A stretch of 64,000 nucleotides of DNA from Bacillota bacterium (GTDB lineage Bacteria > Bacillota > UBA994 > UBA5500): the NCBI GenBank assembly GCA_023436245.1, contig JAEZJZ010000046.1:16681-80680 (forward strand), given 5' to 3'. This document shows, in pieces, positions 1 to 8,226 of this stretch (position 1 is its first letter; every line of letters starts with the position of its first letter). The notes beneath the pieces are model-generated. The model saw only the letters and a program-made list of their open reading frames with translations, had not been told where the DNA came from and did not search any database. Made by a program: the position numbers and the translations under genes.

Positions 1-1
1 T

Positions 2-454
2 CTGTCCGAAAAGCAACAGGCGCTGGGCAACGCGCGGGATGCCCGAATGGCGGCAGGGAACGCACTACACAGCCTGGCGGCCATGCAACTGGCGGAACAG
101 GGTTTGGTCGCGTCCCGACGTAGCTTCGACCTGAACGGTCAGACCCCGGAAGCCACAGGGACCTACGATCGCCAGCAGACAAGCTCGCTTACCGCCACGC
201 TTGAGCAGGCTTGGCAACAGGCCCGGGAGCCGCTCGTCCTGCTTGCCAGACCGCTGCTGCAACTGCTCGCGAACATTGGCCCTCTCTCCTACCCGGAACT
301 AGAGCGCAGACCGGAGTTGCGCGGGCTGGCCCTTTCCGAGCGGCTGCTGCACGAACTCTGCGCCACCGGCGCGGTGACGCGGCTGCAGCTAGAGCACCCG
401 GTCGTGGGCTGGGAGTACAAGTTTCAGGTCGCCGATAACCAAACGCATGCGTAG
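2..454 (+). CDS. hypothetical protein, C-terminal part (frame open to the window edge)
   Basis: The frame of ORF 47..454 has no stop back to nt 2, so the gene probably starts upstream of the window. A hairpin terminator follows. No motif recognised. Confidence 0.4.
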   Translation: MSEKQQALGNARDARMAAGNALHSLAAMQLAEQGLVASRRSFDLNGQTPEATGTYDRQQTSSLTATLEQAWQQAREPLVLLARPLLQLLANIGPLSYPELERRPELRGLALSERLLHELCATGAVTRLQLEHPVVGWEYKFQVADNQTHA

Positions 455-460
455 GCAAAG

Positions 461-489
461 CAAGAACCGCCCGTTCAGGGCGGTTCTTG
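461..489. terminator. hairpin between convergent genes (putative bidirectional terminator)
   Basis: Perfect 12-bp stem CAAGAACCGCCC / GGGCGGTTCTTG with a 5-nt loop, lying between the 3' ends of the + ORF and ywbE. T-tracts are weak on both strands. Confidence 0.55.
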
Positions 490-490
490 A

Positions 491-694
491 CTATTCTGAG
501 ATAATCTGCTGCACCCGCCCCACTTTGCCGTCGGTGAGGCGCACCTTGATGCCATGCGGATGTGTGCCGCTTTTGGTCAGAATGTCTTGTACAGTGCCGC
601 GCGTCAGCTTGCCGGTTGACTGGTCTTCCTTCAGCACTATATCCACCGTCAGTCCGGCCCGGAGAGCTGCCCTCTGCCTGCCATCCATCTGCAA
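491..694 (-). CDS. ywbE: YwbE family small protein (DUF2196)
   Basis: 67 aa. The stretch GLTVDIVLKEDQSTGKLTRGTVQDILTKSGTHPHGIKVRLTDGKVGRVQ matches my recollection of the conserved YwbE core. Confidence 0.8.
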   Translation of the reverse strand: MQMDGRQRAALRAGLTVDIVLKEDQSTGKLTRGTVQDILTKSGTHPHGIKVRLTDGKVGRVQQIISE

Positions 695-732
695 TCACCC
701 CCAGCAGCAAGTGTACCACAAGCGCGACGCCC

Positions 733-1293
733 CTATTGCACTGGTGCAACGGACAGTCCGCAAGCGCGGATGATGGACTGTGCGATCTGCTCAAGTGACA
801 GACTGTCAGTTTCTAGGCAGATGCTCTGCTGCTCTCGGTAGAGGGGGAGACGGGCCGCTGCGCGCTCCCAGACTTCCGGTGTGCCTCGTCCGGATAACCG
901 CTCCTGCAACGTTTCGGGCGAACAGACTAAGGAAATGCGATGCAGTTCAAACTGACTGTCTGCCCACAGCCGGGCAAGCAGACTCTGCACGATCGCTTCT
1001 TGATGCATCACCCAACTGAAGATGACATACTGCAGACTTGAGTTCTGCAGGAAGTTGCGCAGTAGGTGCACGATGTTGTCTTCCACCATCTGCTTATTCT
1101 CCTCATTCACCCGAAATGGGTGCATCATCCAACACCCATCGCCGTCCAACCAGACGGAGCCAGGCAGGAGTCGGTATAGGCGCTCACAGACGGCGCTCTT
1201 GCCCACCCCCATCGGCCCGTTGACGAAAATCAGTTGCTTCACGCTCTTCACCTCACCAGATTGTTCAGGCGCCTCGGAGCCAGTCAGGGCCAT
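733..1293 (-). CDS. P-loop NTPase / small-molecule-kinase-like ATPase
   Basis: Walker A GPMGVGKS sits about 25 aa after the Met at 1293. The ORF-track start at 1434 only adds a hydrophobic, implausible extension overlapping the divergent neighbour, so the start choice is tentative. Confidence 0.6.
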   Translation of the reverse strand: MALTGSEAPEQSGEVKSVKQLIFVNGPMGVGKSAVCERLYRLLPGSVWLDGDGCWMMHPFRVNEENKQMVEDNIVHLLRNFLQNSSLQYVIFSWVMHQEAIVQSLLARLWADSQFELHRISLVCSPETLQERLSGRGTPEVWERAAARLPLYREQQSICLETDSLSLEQIAQSIIRACGLSVAPVQ

Positions 1294-1436
1294 TATCGCA
1301 CAACACTCTGCCCTGTTCCAGATCGACTGCGCGCCCAGCTGAACCGTCCACCCTACAACGCTCACACAAGTCATGCTTGCCGTTACCAAGGACAACCAAT
1401 AGAATAGATCAAACAACGATAGAAGGAGGAGCATTG

Positions 1437-2750
1437 ATGCAACTGACGATCAGCATTTTGGCTGCGATGCGTTCGGAACTGGAACCCTTCTTGGCACTGG
1501 GCATGGGTGGCGAGGCGAATGAGATTTTGCTGGGCAGACCGGTCTATACCAGGCGGGCGGTCTATAGCGACGAGGACGGGCGATCAGTTGAGGTCACGCT
1601 AGTGCTGATGGTTTCCGGGGTAGGCAAGGTGCGCGCCGCGTCAGCTGTGCAGGCACTGATCGACCGCTACCGGCCAGATCTGGTGTTGAACATCGGCACT
1701 GCCGGAGGGTTACGCCCGGAGGTGGAGATCGGCGACATCGTAGTCACCAGCAAACAATACCAGCACGACTGCCAGCTCTGGGAGCACTATGTGGCCGAAG
1801 GTGATCGCGAAATCGGCGATCTAGTCTACTCCCGATTGGCCGCTGGTTACCGGGTGCACCGCGGCAGCGGCTGTGCCGGAGACAAATTTGTGAGCGCCCT
1901 GGAAGCCAAGCACCAACTCGCGGCTCAGTTTGATGCTTACTGCGTGGACATGGAATCGGCCGCCATCGCTGACACCTGCGCGATCAACCAGGTACCATGC
2001 TGCACCATCCGCTCGATCTCCGATTCCTTGCTCGGAAATGAGGGGGAGTTCGAGCAGAACTATCAGCGCGTGTCGCAGGAAGTGGCTCAAGCGGTAGCTC
2101 CGCTGATCGGGCAAATCGCACTGCGCCTGGCGGCGCGCGGCAACGCAGAGCAGCAGGCGACGCCTGCCTCCGGCCGTTTCACGCAGATCAGGACGCCACG
2201 CCTATTGCTCCGGCGCCTGCGACGCGGCGACGCGTCAGCGCTCTGGCGTTATCGCAGAGACCCGGAAGTGGCGAGGCATCAGGGCTGGGATGACTATAGC
2301 GAAGAGCAGGCCATCACCATGGTGCGAGAGCAATCCAGCTTCGAGCCGGGTTTCGCCGGAACCTGGTTCCAACTGGCCGTGGAGCTGCTTGAAAGAGATG
2401 AGCTAATCGGGGATATTGGCATCCATACCCTGCCGCCTGATGGCCGCCAATCCGAACTCGGCTTCACGCTGGCGCGGGACCATCAGCGCAAAGGCTACGC
2501 GACTGAAGCTGTGGCCGCGGTCCTGGACTACCTCTTCACCGAACTGAAGCAACACCGGGTCACCGCCTCTGTGCATCCCGAAAACGAGGCTTCAATTGCT
2601 CTGCTGCGCCGGCTCGGTTTCAGGCAGGAGGGGCGTCACTGCCAAAGCGTCTGGATTAAGGGCGCCTGGCAGGATGATCTGCAGTTCGCCCTGTTGCGTG
2701 CAGAATGGAAGCAATCGCGAATCAAGGGCGAAGCGTCAAAGGCTGATTGA
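1437..2750 (+). CDS. fusion protein: MTA/SAH nucleosidase-like (PNP_UDP_1) N-domain plus RimJ/RimL-type GNAT acetyltransferase C-domain
   Basis: GGAGG lies 8 nt upstream of the ATG at 1437. The N-half has AAMRSELEP, SGVGKVRAA, NIGTAGG, GDKF, DMESAAIA and IRSISDSL (MtnN-like). The C-half has RTPRLLLRRL...QRKGYATEA...ENEASIALLRRLGF (GNAT). No stop separates the halves. Confidence 0.75.
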   Translation: MQLTISILAAMRSELEPFLALGMGGEANEILLGRPVYTRRAVYSDEDGRSVEVTLVLMVSGVGKVRAASAVQALIDRYRPDLVLNIGTAGGLRPEVEIGDIVVTSKQYQHDCQLWEHYVAEGDREIGDLVYSRLAAGYRVHRGSGCAGDKFVSALEAKHQLAAQFDAYCVDMESAAIADTCAINQVPCCTIRSISDSLLGNEGEFEQNYQRVSQEVAQAVAPLIGQIALRLAARGNAEQQATPASGRFTQIRTPRLLLRRLRRGDASALWRYRRDPEVARHQGWDDYSEEQAITMVREQSSFEPGFAGTWFQLAVELLERDELIGDIGIHTLPPDGRQSELGFTLARDHQRKGYATEAVAAVLDYLFTELKQHRVTASVHPENEASIALLRRLGFRQEGRHCQSVWIKGAWQDDLQFALLRAEWKQSRIKGEASKAD

Positions 2751-2809
2751 AGTCGGCAGAGCCAGCGCGCAGTGAAATCGTTCAGAACGCCCGGCTTCTC
2801 TGGTATCGT

Positions 2810-2987
2810 AGGGGCTGTCGCAATAGCCGATCAGCATGCGGGCGCCAAAGGTACAAGCCGATTCTTGACAAGCAAGAATCGCTCTGTTGGAGACCCGTGT
2901 TTGCGCCAGTTGTGCACTCAAACGCAAGAGAGACGATAGCCATCGTCTCTCTTGCTCTTTTCATGAGGTGCTATTGCGACAGCCCCC
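2810..2987. repeat. composite REP-like element bounded by 17-nt inverted termini
   Basis: GGGGCTGTCGCAATAGC (2810-2826) is exactly inverted as GCTATTGCGACAGCCCC (2970-2986). The left end is preceded by TCGTA as in other REP units, and the interior carries two hairpins. A related element lies at 19708-19920. Confidence 0.7.
2924..2962 (+). terminator. Rho-independent terminator inside the composite repeat
   Basis: 14-bp stem GCAAGAGAGACGAT / ATCGTCTCTCTTGC with a 4-nt loop, followed by TCTTTTC. The stem core CAAGAGAGACGA recurs at 19737; a shortened form, AAGAGACGA, forms the stem at 23102. Confidence 0.7.
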
Positions 2988-2995
2988 GGGAGCGG

Positions 2996-3033
2996 CGCGG
3001 CATGCCGAGCCTCTACGGAGCACAAACTGAACG
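2996..3033 (+). repeat. REP-like module (CGGCATGCCGAGCC palindrome plus TCTACGGAGCACAAACTGAAC tail)
   Basis: The same ~40-nt module occurs at 45180-45219 (+) and 22853-22889 (-), and partially at 15218-15245 and 45222-45257. Confidence 0.75.
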
Positions 3034-3140
3034 TTCTCACACAACTGTGGCACTACAGGAAGAAACTGGACTGATGGCGAAGAGAAAGGGGACGTCCGCC
3101 GAAGGAGAATGCGGCGACTATTTGGGGAGGGTGGTCCGAA

Positions 3141-3962
3141 ATGCTGGAGTTGCCTGAAGCAAGAGTGCTGGCTGCGCAGATCTCGCAGACCGCGACCGGG
3201 AAGACGATTGCGTCTGTCCTGGCCAACCATTCACCACACCGATTTGCCTGGTTCCACGGCGAGCCGGACGACTATGATCATCAGTTGCGAGGTCGGATAG
3301 TAGAGACTGCAGTCGCGCATGGCGGCATGGTGGAAGTGGCCGCCGAAGAGATGCGCTTGCTGCTCGGAGATGGGGTCGCTTTGCGCTGGCTCCAGCCCGG
3401 CGCAAAACGGCCCGGGAAGCACCAGTTGCTGGTCGAGTTCACAGATGGCAGCGCACTGATAGCCTCGGTGCAGATGTATGGAGGGATTTGGGCCTTCCGA
3501 GCGGGCGAGTTCACCAATCCATACTATCTGACGGCCTGCGCCAAGCCCTCGCCGCTTGCGCCTGAGTTTGATCAGAGTTACTTCGTCGGTCTGCAGAGCG
3601 ACAGCAACCGATGCAAGAGCGCCAAGGCTTTCTTGGCCACAGAGCAACGCATCCCCGGCCTCGGCAATGGCGTGCTGCAGGATATCCTCTGGAATGCCCA
3701 CATCCACCCCAAACGCTCGCTAAGCGGTTTGAGTGAGCAGGAAATGAGCGACCTCTATCACTCTGTCAAGTCAACGCTGCACGCAATGGTAGAGCAAGGA
3801 GGTCGTGACACAGAGAAGGATCTGTTCGGGCAGCCAGGAGGCTACCTGACCCGGCTGAGCAAGAACACCGTCAGCTACCCCTGCTCGGCCTGCGGCGGCT
3901 CGATCAAGAAGGAAGCCTACTTGGGCGGCAGTGTCTACTATTGCACGAACTGCCAGAAGTGA
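3141..3962 (+). CDS. Fpg/Nei-family DNA glycosylase homologue (atypical N-terminus MLELPE)
   Basis: GGGAGGG SD lies 9 nt upstream. Has the N-terminal ELPE box, an H2TH-like IPGLGNGVLQDILWNAHIHP, and a C-terminal zinc finger CSACGGx16CTNC. Residue 2 is Leu rather than the catalytic Pro. Confidence 0.75.
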   Translation: MLELPEARVLAAQISQTATGKTIASVLANHSPHRFAWFHGEPDDYDHQLRGRIVETAVAHGGMVEVAAEEMRLLLGDGVALRWLQPGAKRPGKHQLLVEFTDGSALIASVQMYGGIWAFRAGEFTNPYYLTACAKPSPLAPEFDQSYFVGLQSDSNRCKSAKAFLATEQRIPGLGNGVLQDILWNAHIHPKRSLSGLSEQEMSDLYHSVKSTLHAMVEQGGRDTEKDLFGQPGGYLTRLSKNTVSYPCSACGGSIKKEAYLGGSVYYCTNCQK

Positions 3963-4060
3963 CAGGCGGGCGCCCAGGAGGCAGCAACCTCCTTGGCGCC
4001 CTTCTGCGACTAAGACGCGGCTCAGGCTTGAGCATGAGCCACGGGTATGCGATCAGCATG

Positions 4061-4993
4061 TTATGTCGCCTCTTCTTCGCGGTAGCGCCCGATAATCTCC
4101 TCAGCCACGCTTCGCATCCTTTTGCGCAACCCCTCCGGCTCCAATACGTCGATCTGCCCGCCATAACTCATCAGCCAACCAAACCAGCCCCGCTCGCGTT
4201 CGGGCAGACGCAGCTCCACCAGCCATCGCCCTTGACCATCGCGCTGGCAACTGGCTTTGGGAAAGCGCTCGCTGAGGGAGACCAGGAGGTGCTCCGGGCA
4301 GCGCACTCGGATGTCAAGAAAAGGTCCCCTGTCCGCCTGCTCGTGACCGGCCAGAACCTGAGGCCAGTGATCATGCGCTGACGCAAATGGTTCGCCAAGG
4401 CGCAACTCCTGCATGCGCGAGAGGCGAAACAGCCGATAATCCTGTCGCTCTCGACAGAAGGCGAACAGGTACCAGGCGTACCAACGATAGATTACTGCGA
4501 GTGGTTCCACCAGCCGATCACTCACCCGGCCCTCACCGTCCGTGTACAGAAAGCAGGCTGTTCGTCTGGCTTGCGTAGCCTGCCGCAGCAATGACATGCT
4601 CTGGGTCATGCAATCATCCTCACGCATGACGCCGAGGTCAACCTGCAACTCGCCGCCGAGGGAGGCAGGCGGTGCAATTGCGGTCAGCTTCTCCAAGACC
4701 CCATCCAAGCCCGAGTCTGGCAAACCGGAAGCCAGCCCCTTGACGGCGGTCAGCAGCAGCGCGAAGTCGCCTGCGCTGGCCAGCTGCCCTGTCATTCGCC
4801 AGCCGTCAGCCAACCGATAGCCGCCTTTAGCGCCCTGGACTGCCGTAACCGGAATGCCCGCCAGGCCCAGCGCCTCAATGTCGCGCTGAATGGTGCGCAT
4901 GGAGACCTCGAACCGCTCCGCCAGCCGGCTGGCCGATGCCTGCTCATGATTGAGCAGATAGGTGACAATCCCTAATAATCTCTCTATTTTCAT
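4061..4993 (-). CDS. YafY-family transcriptional regulator (HTH plus WYL domain)
   Basis: N-terminal HTH RLLGIVTYLLNHEQASASRLAERFEVSMRTIQRDIEAL, followed by a WYL-type core YRWYAWYLFAFCRERQDYRLFRLSRM. Confidence 0.8.
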   Translation of the reverse strand: MKIERLLGIVTYLLNHEQASASRLAERFEVSMRTIQRDIEALGLAGIPVTAVQGAKGGYRLADGWRMTGQLASAGDFALLLTAVKGLASGLPDSGLDGVLEKLTAIAPPASLGGELQVDLGVMREDDCMTQSMSLLRQATQARRTACFLYTDGEGRVSDRLVEPLAVIYRWYAWYLFAFCRERQDYRLFRLSRMQELRLGEPFASAHDHWPQVLAGHEQADRGPFLDIRVRCPEHLLVSLSERFPKASCQRDGQGRWLVELRLPERERGWFGWLMSYGGQIDVLEPEGLRKRMRSVAEEIIGRYREEEAT

Positions 4994-5297
4994 CCTTCGT
5001 CACCGCCCTGCTGACCGTGTTCTGCGCGAACACTCTACTCCCTATGTTCGCCCAAAACAGCAACAAATGCTAGAGTGGACAATGGATTCTTGTGCTAATA
5101 CGCTGCCAACAGACGGGTGCAGCTATGGTCTACGCCAAGGGGGGAGGATGACTGGGAGAAGCTGCAGTACACACTCAACCACCTCCAGGCACTGTCGTGC
5201 GTCCGCGCTGAGGCACACCGCACTGCGGGAACCGCCCCTTGTCTCACGGCGCCTCTACCAACAGTCTTGCACCGCACCGAGGATCGCCGAGGGCCAT

Positions 5298-5326
5298 TTG
5301 ACTTTCGTACTGGAACATGATAGATT
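5298..5326 (+). promoter_or_regulatory. sigma-A-type promoter of the proS leader
   Basis: TTGACT (5298-5303), 17-nt spacer, TAGATT (5321-5326), placed just upstream of the T-box leader. Confidence 0.6.
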
Positions 5327-5331
5327 TATCG

Positions 5332-5562
5332 GCAAAGGCGATGAAGGGGAAAACTCGGCTGATGCGCTTACAGAGAGCCGCCCACCTGCTGCAAGGGAGG
5401 CATCGATCAGGCCTGTTCCCACCCCAGAGCTGATGGCGACGAGCCATCCGGCATCCCACCGATAACCGGGAGCTTGAGTGGGCCAATTAGGCCAACCAGG
5501 GTGGTACCACGGGTAGTAACCCCGTCCCTAGTTCAGGGACGGGGTTTTATCTATTTGATTAA
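5332..5562 (+). promoter_or_regulatory. T-box riboswitch leader (probably Pro-specific) with terminator
   Basis: GA/K-turn GCGATGAAGG, AGAGAG box, CTGCTGCAAGG distal loop motif, candidate specifier CCC followed by A (5418-5421), T-box AACCAGGGTGGTACCACGGG (5494-5513). Terminator stem AACCCCGTCCCT / AGGGACGGGGTT (5518-5546) is followed by TTTT. Confidence 0.85.
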
Positions 5563-5584
5563 TGATGAGGAGTGAAAGAAAGAA

Positions 5585-7051
5585 ATGGCTAACGAGAAGA
5601 ACTTCGTGCAGGCGATTACCCCTCAGTCCGAGGACTTCTCCCGCTGGTATCTGGACACCATCCAGAAGGCCGATCTGATGGATTACTCGCCAGTTCGCGG
5701 CTGCATTGTCTTCCGACCGGATGGGTTCGAGCTATGGGAGCGCATTCAGGCAGGACTGGACCGTCGCTTCAAGGAAACCGGCCATCGAAATGCCTATTTC
5801 CCGATGCTGATCCCGGAGAGCTTCTTCCAGAAGGAAAAGGAGCATGTCGAGGGGTTCAACCCAGAACTGCCCTGGGTAACCGAGGCTGGCGGCGAGAAAC
5901 TGGAGGAACGTCTGGCCATCCGGCCGACGTCCGAGACGATGATCGGCTACATGTACAGTCAATGGATCCAGAGCTACCGTGATCTGCCGGTGCTGATCAA
6001 CCAGTGGGCCAACGTCTTCCGTTGGGAAAAGCGGACCATGCCATTCCTACGCACATCGGAGTTCCTTTGGCAGGAAGGTCATACTGCCCACGCTACTGAG
6101 GATGAGGCGCGGCGCGAGACGATGAGCATTTTGGACATCTACGCTGACTTCGTGGAGACAGAGCTAGCCATCCCGGTATGGCAGGGACGCAAAACCCCCT
6201 CTGAACGCTTCGCTGGAGCGGTGGACACCTACTCCATTGAGGCGATGATGAAGGACGGTAAGGCCTTGCAATCAGCCACGTCTCACTACCTTGGCCAAAA
6301 CTTCGCCATCGGTTTTGAGATCAAGTACTTGGACCGCGACAACCAGCAGAAGTACGTCTATACCACCTCCTGGGGCGCATCAACTAGGCTAATTGGGGCC
6401 CTGATCATGACCCACGGCGATGACCGCGGTCTGGCGCTTCCTCCTAAGATGGCGCCGGTGCAGGTGATCATGATCCCGGTTGGGCCGCCCAAGCTGCGAG
6501 ACCAGGTGATGGCCAGGTTCGAGCCGCTGTTCGATGCTCTCAAAGCGTCGGGAGTGCGGGTGCAATCTGATCTGCGCGAAGAGACTCCAGGCTGGAAGTT
6601 CAATGAATGGGAAATGCGTGGCGTGCCGCTCCGACTGGAACTGGGGCCGCGCGACGTGCAGAATGGGCAATGCGTGTTGGCCAGGCGTGATACCGGCGAG
6701 AAGCTGAGCGTCAGCCTAGATGATGCAGTACAGCAGGTGCAGCAGTTGCTGTTGGACATTCAGCAGAACATGTACCAGAAGGCCGTTGCCTTCCGGGATC
6801 AGCACTCGCATCTCGATTTGGACACGCTGGCCGACCTGGAGCAGCATATCGCTCTGCAGGAAGCTGCCAACGAGTTACCGGGCTGGGCTCTGCTGGGATG
6901 GTGCGGCGATGCGGCCTGCGAGGCCAAGGTGAAGGAAACCACCAAGTTCACATCCCGCAACATTCCGTTCGATCCGCCGGCGGAGAAGCATACCTGTGCA
7001 GTCTGCGGCGCCGAGGCCAAGCACACCGTCTGGTTCGCTCGCGCCTACTAG
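5585..7051 (+). CDS. proS: proline--tRNA ligase (archaeal/eukaryote-like short type)
   Basis: 488 aa. N-terminus FSRWYLDTIQKADLMDYSPVRGCIVFRPDGFELWE, class II motifs FRWEKRTMPFLRTSEF and SWGASTRLIGALIMTHGDDRGL, C-terminal Cys-rich domain ending in AY. Preceded by the T-box. Confidence 0.92.
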   Translation: MANEKNFVQAITPQSEDFSRWYLDTIQKADLMDYSPVRGCIVFRPDGFELWERIQAGLDRRFKETGHRNAYFPMLIPESFFQKEKEHVEGFNPELPWVTEAGGEKLEERLAIRPTSETMIGYMYSQWIQSYRDLPVLINQWANVFRWEKRTMPFLRTSEFLWQEGHTAHATEDEARRETMSILDIYADFVETELAIPVWQGRKTPSERFAGAVDTYSIEAMMKDGKALQSATSHYLGQNFAIGFEIKYLDRDNQQKYVYTTSWGASTRLIGALIMTHGDDRGLALPPKMAPVQVIMIPVGPPKLRDQVMARFEPLFDALKASGVRVQSDLREETPGWKFNEWEMRGVPLRLELGPRDVQNGQCVLARRDTGEKLSVSLDDAVQQVQQLLLDIQQNMYQKAVAFRDQHSHLDLDTLADLEQHIALQEAANELPGWALLGWCGDAACEAKVKETTKFTSRNIPFDPPAEKHTCAVCGAEAKHTVWFARAY

Positions 7052-7163
7052 TAGGGCGTCAAGTCTCAAACAAGATGACGCAAGCCTACTGACGGCAGAA
7101 AGTGGCCAGACCAGAGTTGGCGCCGCATGGCAGATTCTTGGTTGACAGAGCAGTAGTATGAGT

Positions 7164-7199
7164 TCAGGGGACAAACGAGCGTACTCGTTTGTCCCCTGA
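7164..7199. terminator. hairpin between convergent proS and the patatin gene
   Basis: Perfect 16-bp stem TCAGGGGACAAACGAG / CTCGTTTGTCCCCTGA with a CGTA loop. No clear U-tract. Confidence 0.6.
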
Positions 7200-7206
7200 T
7201 GCTCTT

Positions 7207-8019
7207 CTACTGCAATAGCTGCAGCAACTGCTCACGGCACTCCATCGCCGCCTGGTAACCGAGGCGAATATAGTGGTCGGTTCTGGTCAAGTCGATCAGG
7301 CTCTCCCCAGCCATCTTCGGCACAATAGACACATCAGCCTCGCATGACTCCACGACACTCAACTGCCGCTGCATGATTTCGAAGGAGCGCATCATCACGC
7401 CCATGATGCCGTCAATCTGTGCACTAGCGGCCGCAGATGCGTAAAGATCGACCGCAATCACTAGCTCAGCCCCCAGCTCCCGCGTTGTCTGCACCGGCAC
7501 ATTCTCCACTAGGCCTCCGTCCACCAATAGTTGTTCACCCCACTGCACCGGCTCGAACACGCCGGGGATAGAACAACTGGCGCGTACCGCCCTGGCCACA
7601 CTGCCATGCGACAGCACCACCCGCTCTGCAGAGTGCAGGTCGGTGCACACGGCGGCAAACGGAACGGCTAACGCATCAAAGTTGTGGCCGTGCAACAACT
7701 CCCCGAGTAGCTTCTCCATGCGCTCGTTACCCAACAAGCTGCGCCTCGGAACGAGTAGCTGGCTGAGATCCCGCCAACTCGTGCTGCGCGCCAGACCGGC
7801 CAACTGGTCGGGCGAATAGCCTGCAGCATAGAGCGCGCCAATGATACTGCCACTGCTGGTGCCAGCCACGCAATGCACCGGGACGCCGATTTCGCGGAGA
7901 GCCTGGAGAATGCCAATGTGTGCGATTCCACGCGCCGCTCCCCCACCTAAAGCCAATCCAATCTGTCGCAAAGCTTCCATCCCCTTTCTCTCTACACACA
8001 TTATCAGCCGGCGATTCAC
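7207..8019 (-). CDS. patatin-like phospholipase family protein
   Basis: Oxyanion box GGGAARG, nucleophile elbow GTSSG, and a DGG Asp box (LLVDGGLVENVP). An alternative start at Met 7980 (MEALRQIG...) is possible. Confidence 0.85.
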   Translation of the reverse strand: MNRRLIMCVERKGMEALRQIGLALGGGAARGIAHIGILQALREIGVPVHCVAGTSSGSIIGALYAAGYSPDQLAGLARSTSWRDLSQLLVPRRSLLGNERMEKLLGELLHGHNFDALAVPFAAVCTDLHSAERVVLSHGSVARAVRASCSIPGVFEPVQWGEQLLVDGGLVENVPVQTTRELGAELVIAVDLYASAAASAQIDGIMGVMMRSFEIMQRQLSVVESCEADVSIVPKMAGESLIDLTRTDHYIRLGYQAAMECREQLLQLLQ

Positions 8020-8041
8020 GTAAGAATTAGCAGGGAGATCG

Positions 8042-8074
8042 ATAGCGAATCAATATTCTAAATATTATCGCTAT
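8042..8074. promoter_or_regulatory. operator-like inverted repeat in the divergent control region
   Basis: ATAGCGA (8042-8048) and TCGCTAT (8068-8074) flank two AATATT boxes within an AT-rich stretch between the patatin gene and the membrane operon. Confidence 0.35.
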
Positions 8075-8226
8075 TACAGCAGGAGAAGGGTCCCTGGTGG
8101 ACGAATAATCAATCAACTCAAAGACTTCTGCTGTCTAAACATTCCCATGACTTGCATTATTATGCAATAGAGAACTGCGGCTGCTGAGGGCATAAACTCA
8201 GCCACCCAGAAACTGTAGGAAAGGAG

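Noticed and set aside
189-794. 201-aa ORF on the minus strand
   Set aside because: It runs across the hairpin terminator and both real genes (the edge ORF and ywbE). It is Arg/Ala/Pro-rich junk.
4962-5465. 167-aa ORF on the plus strand upstream of proS
   Set aside because: It overlaps the start of the YafY gene and runs through the T-box leader. It has no SD and an Arg/Ser/Thr-rich composition.
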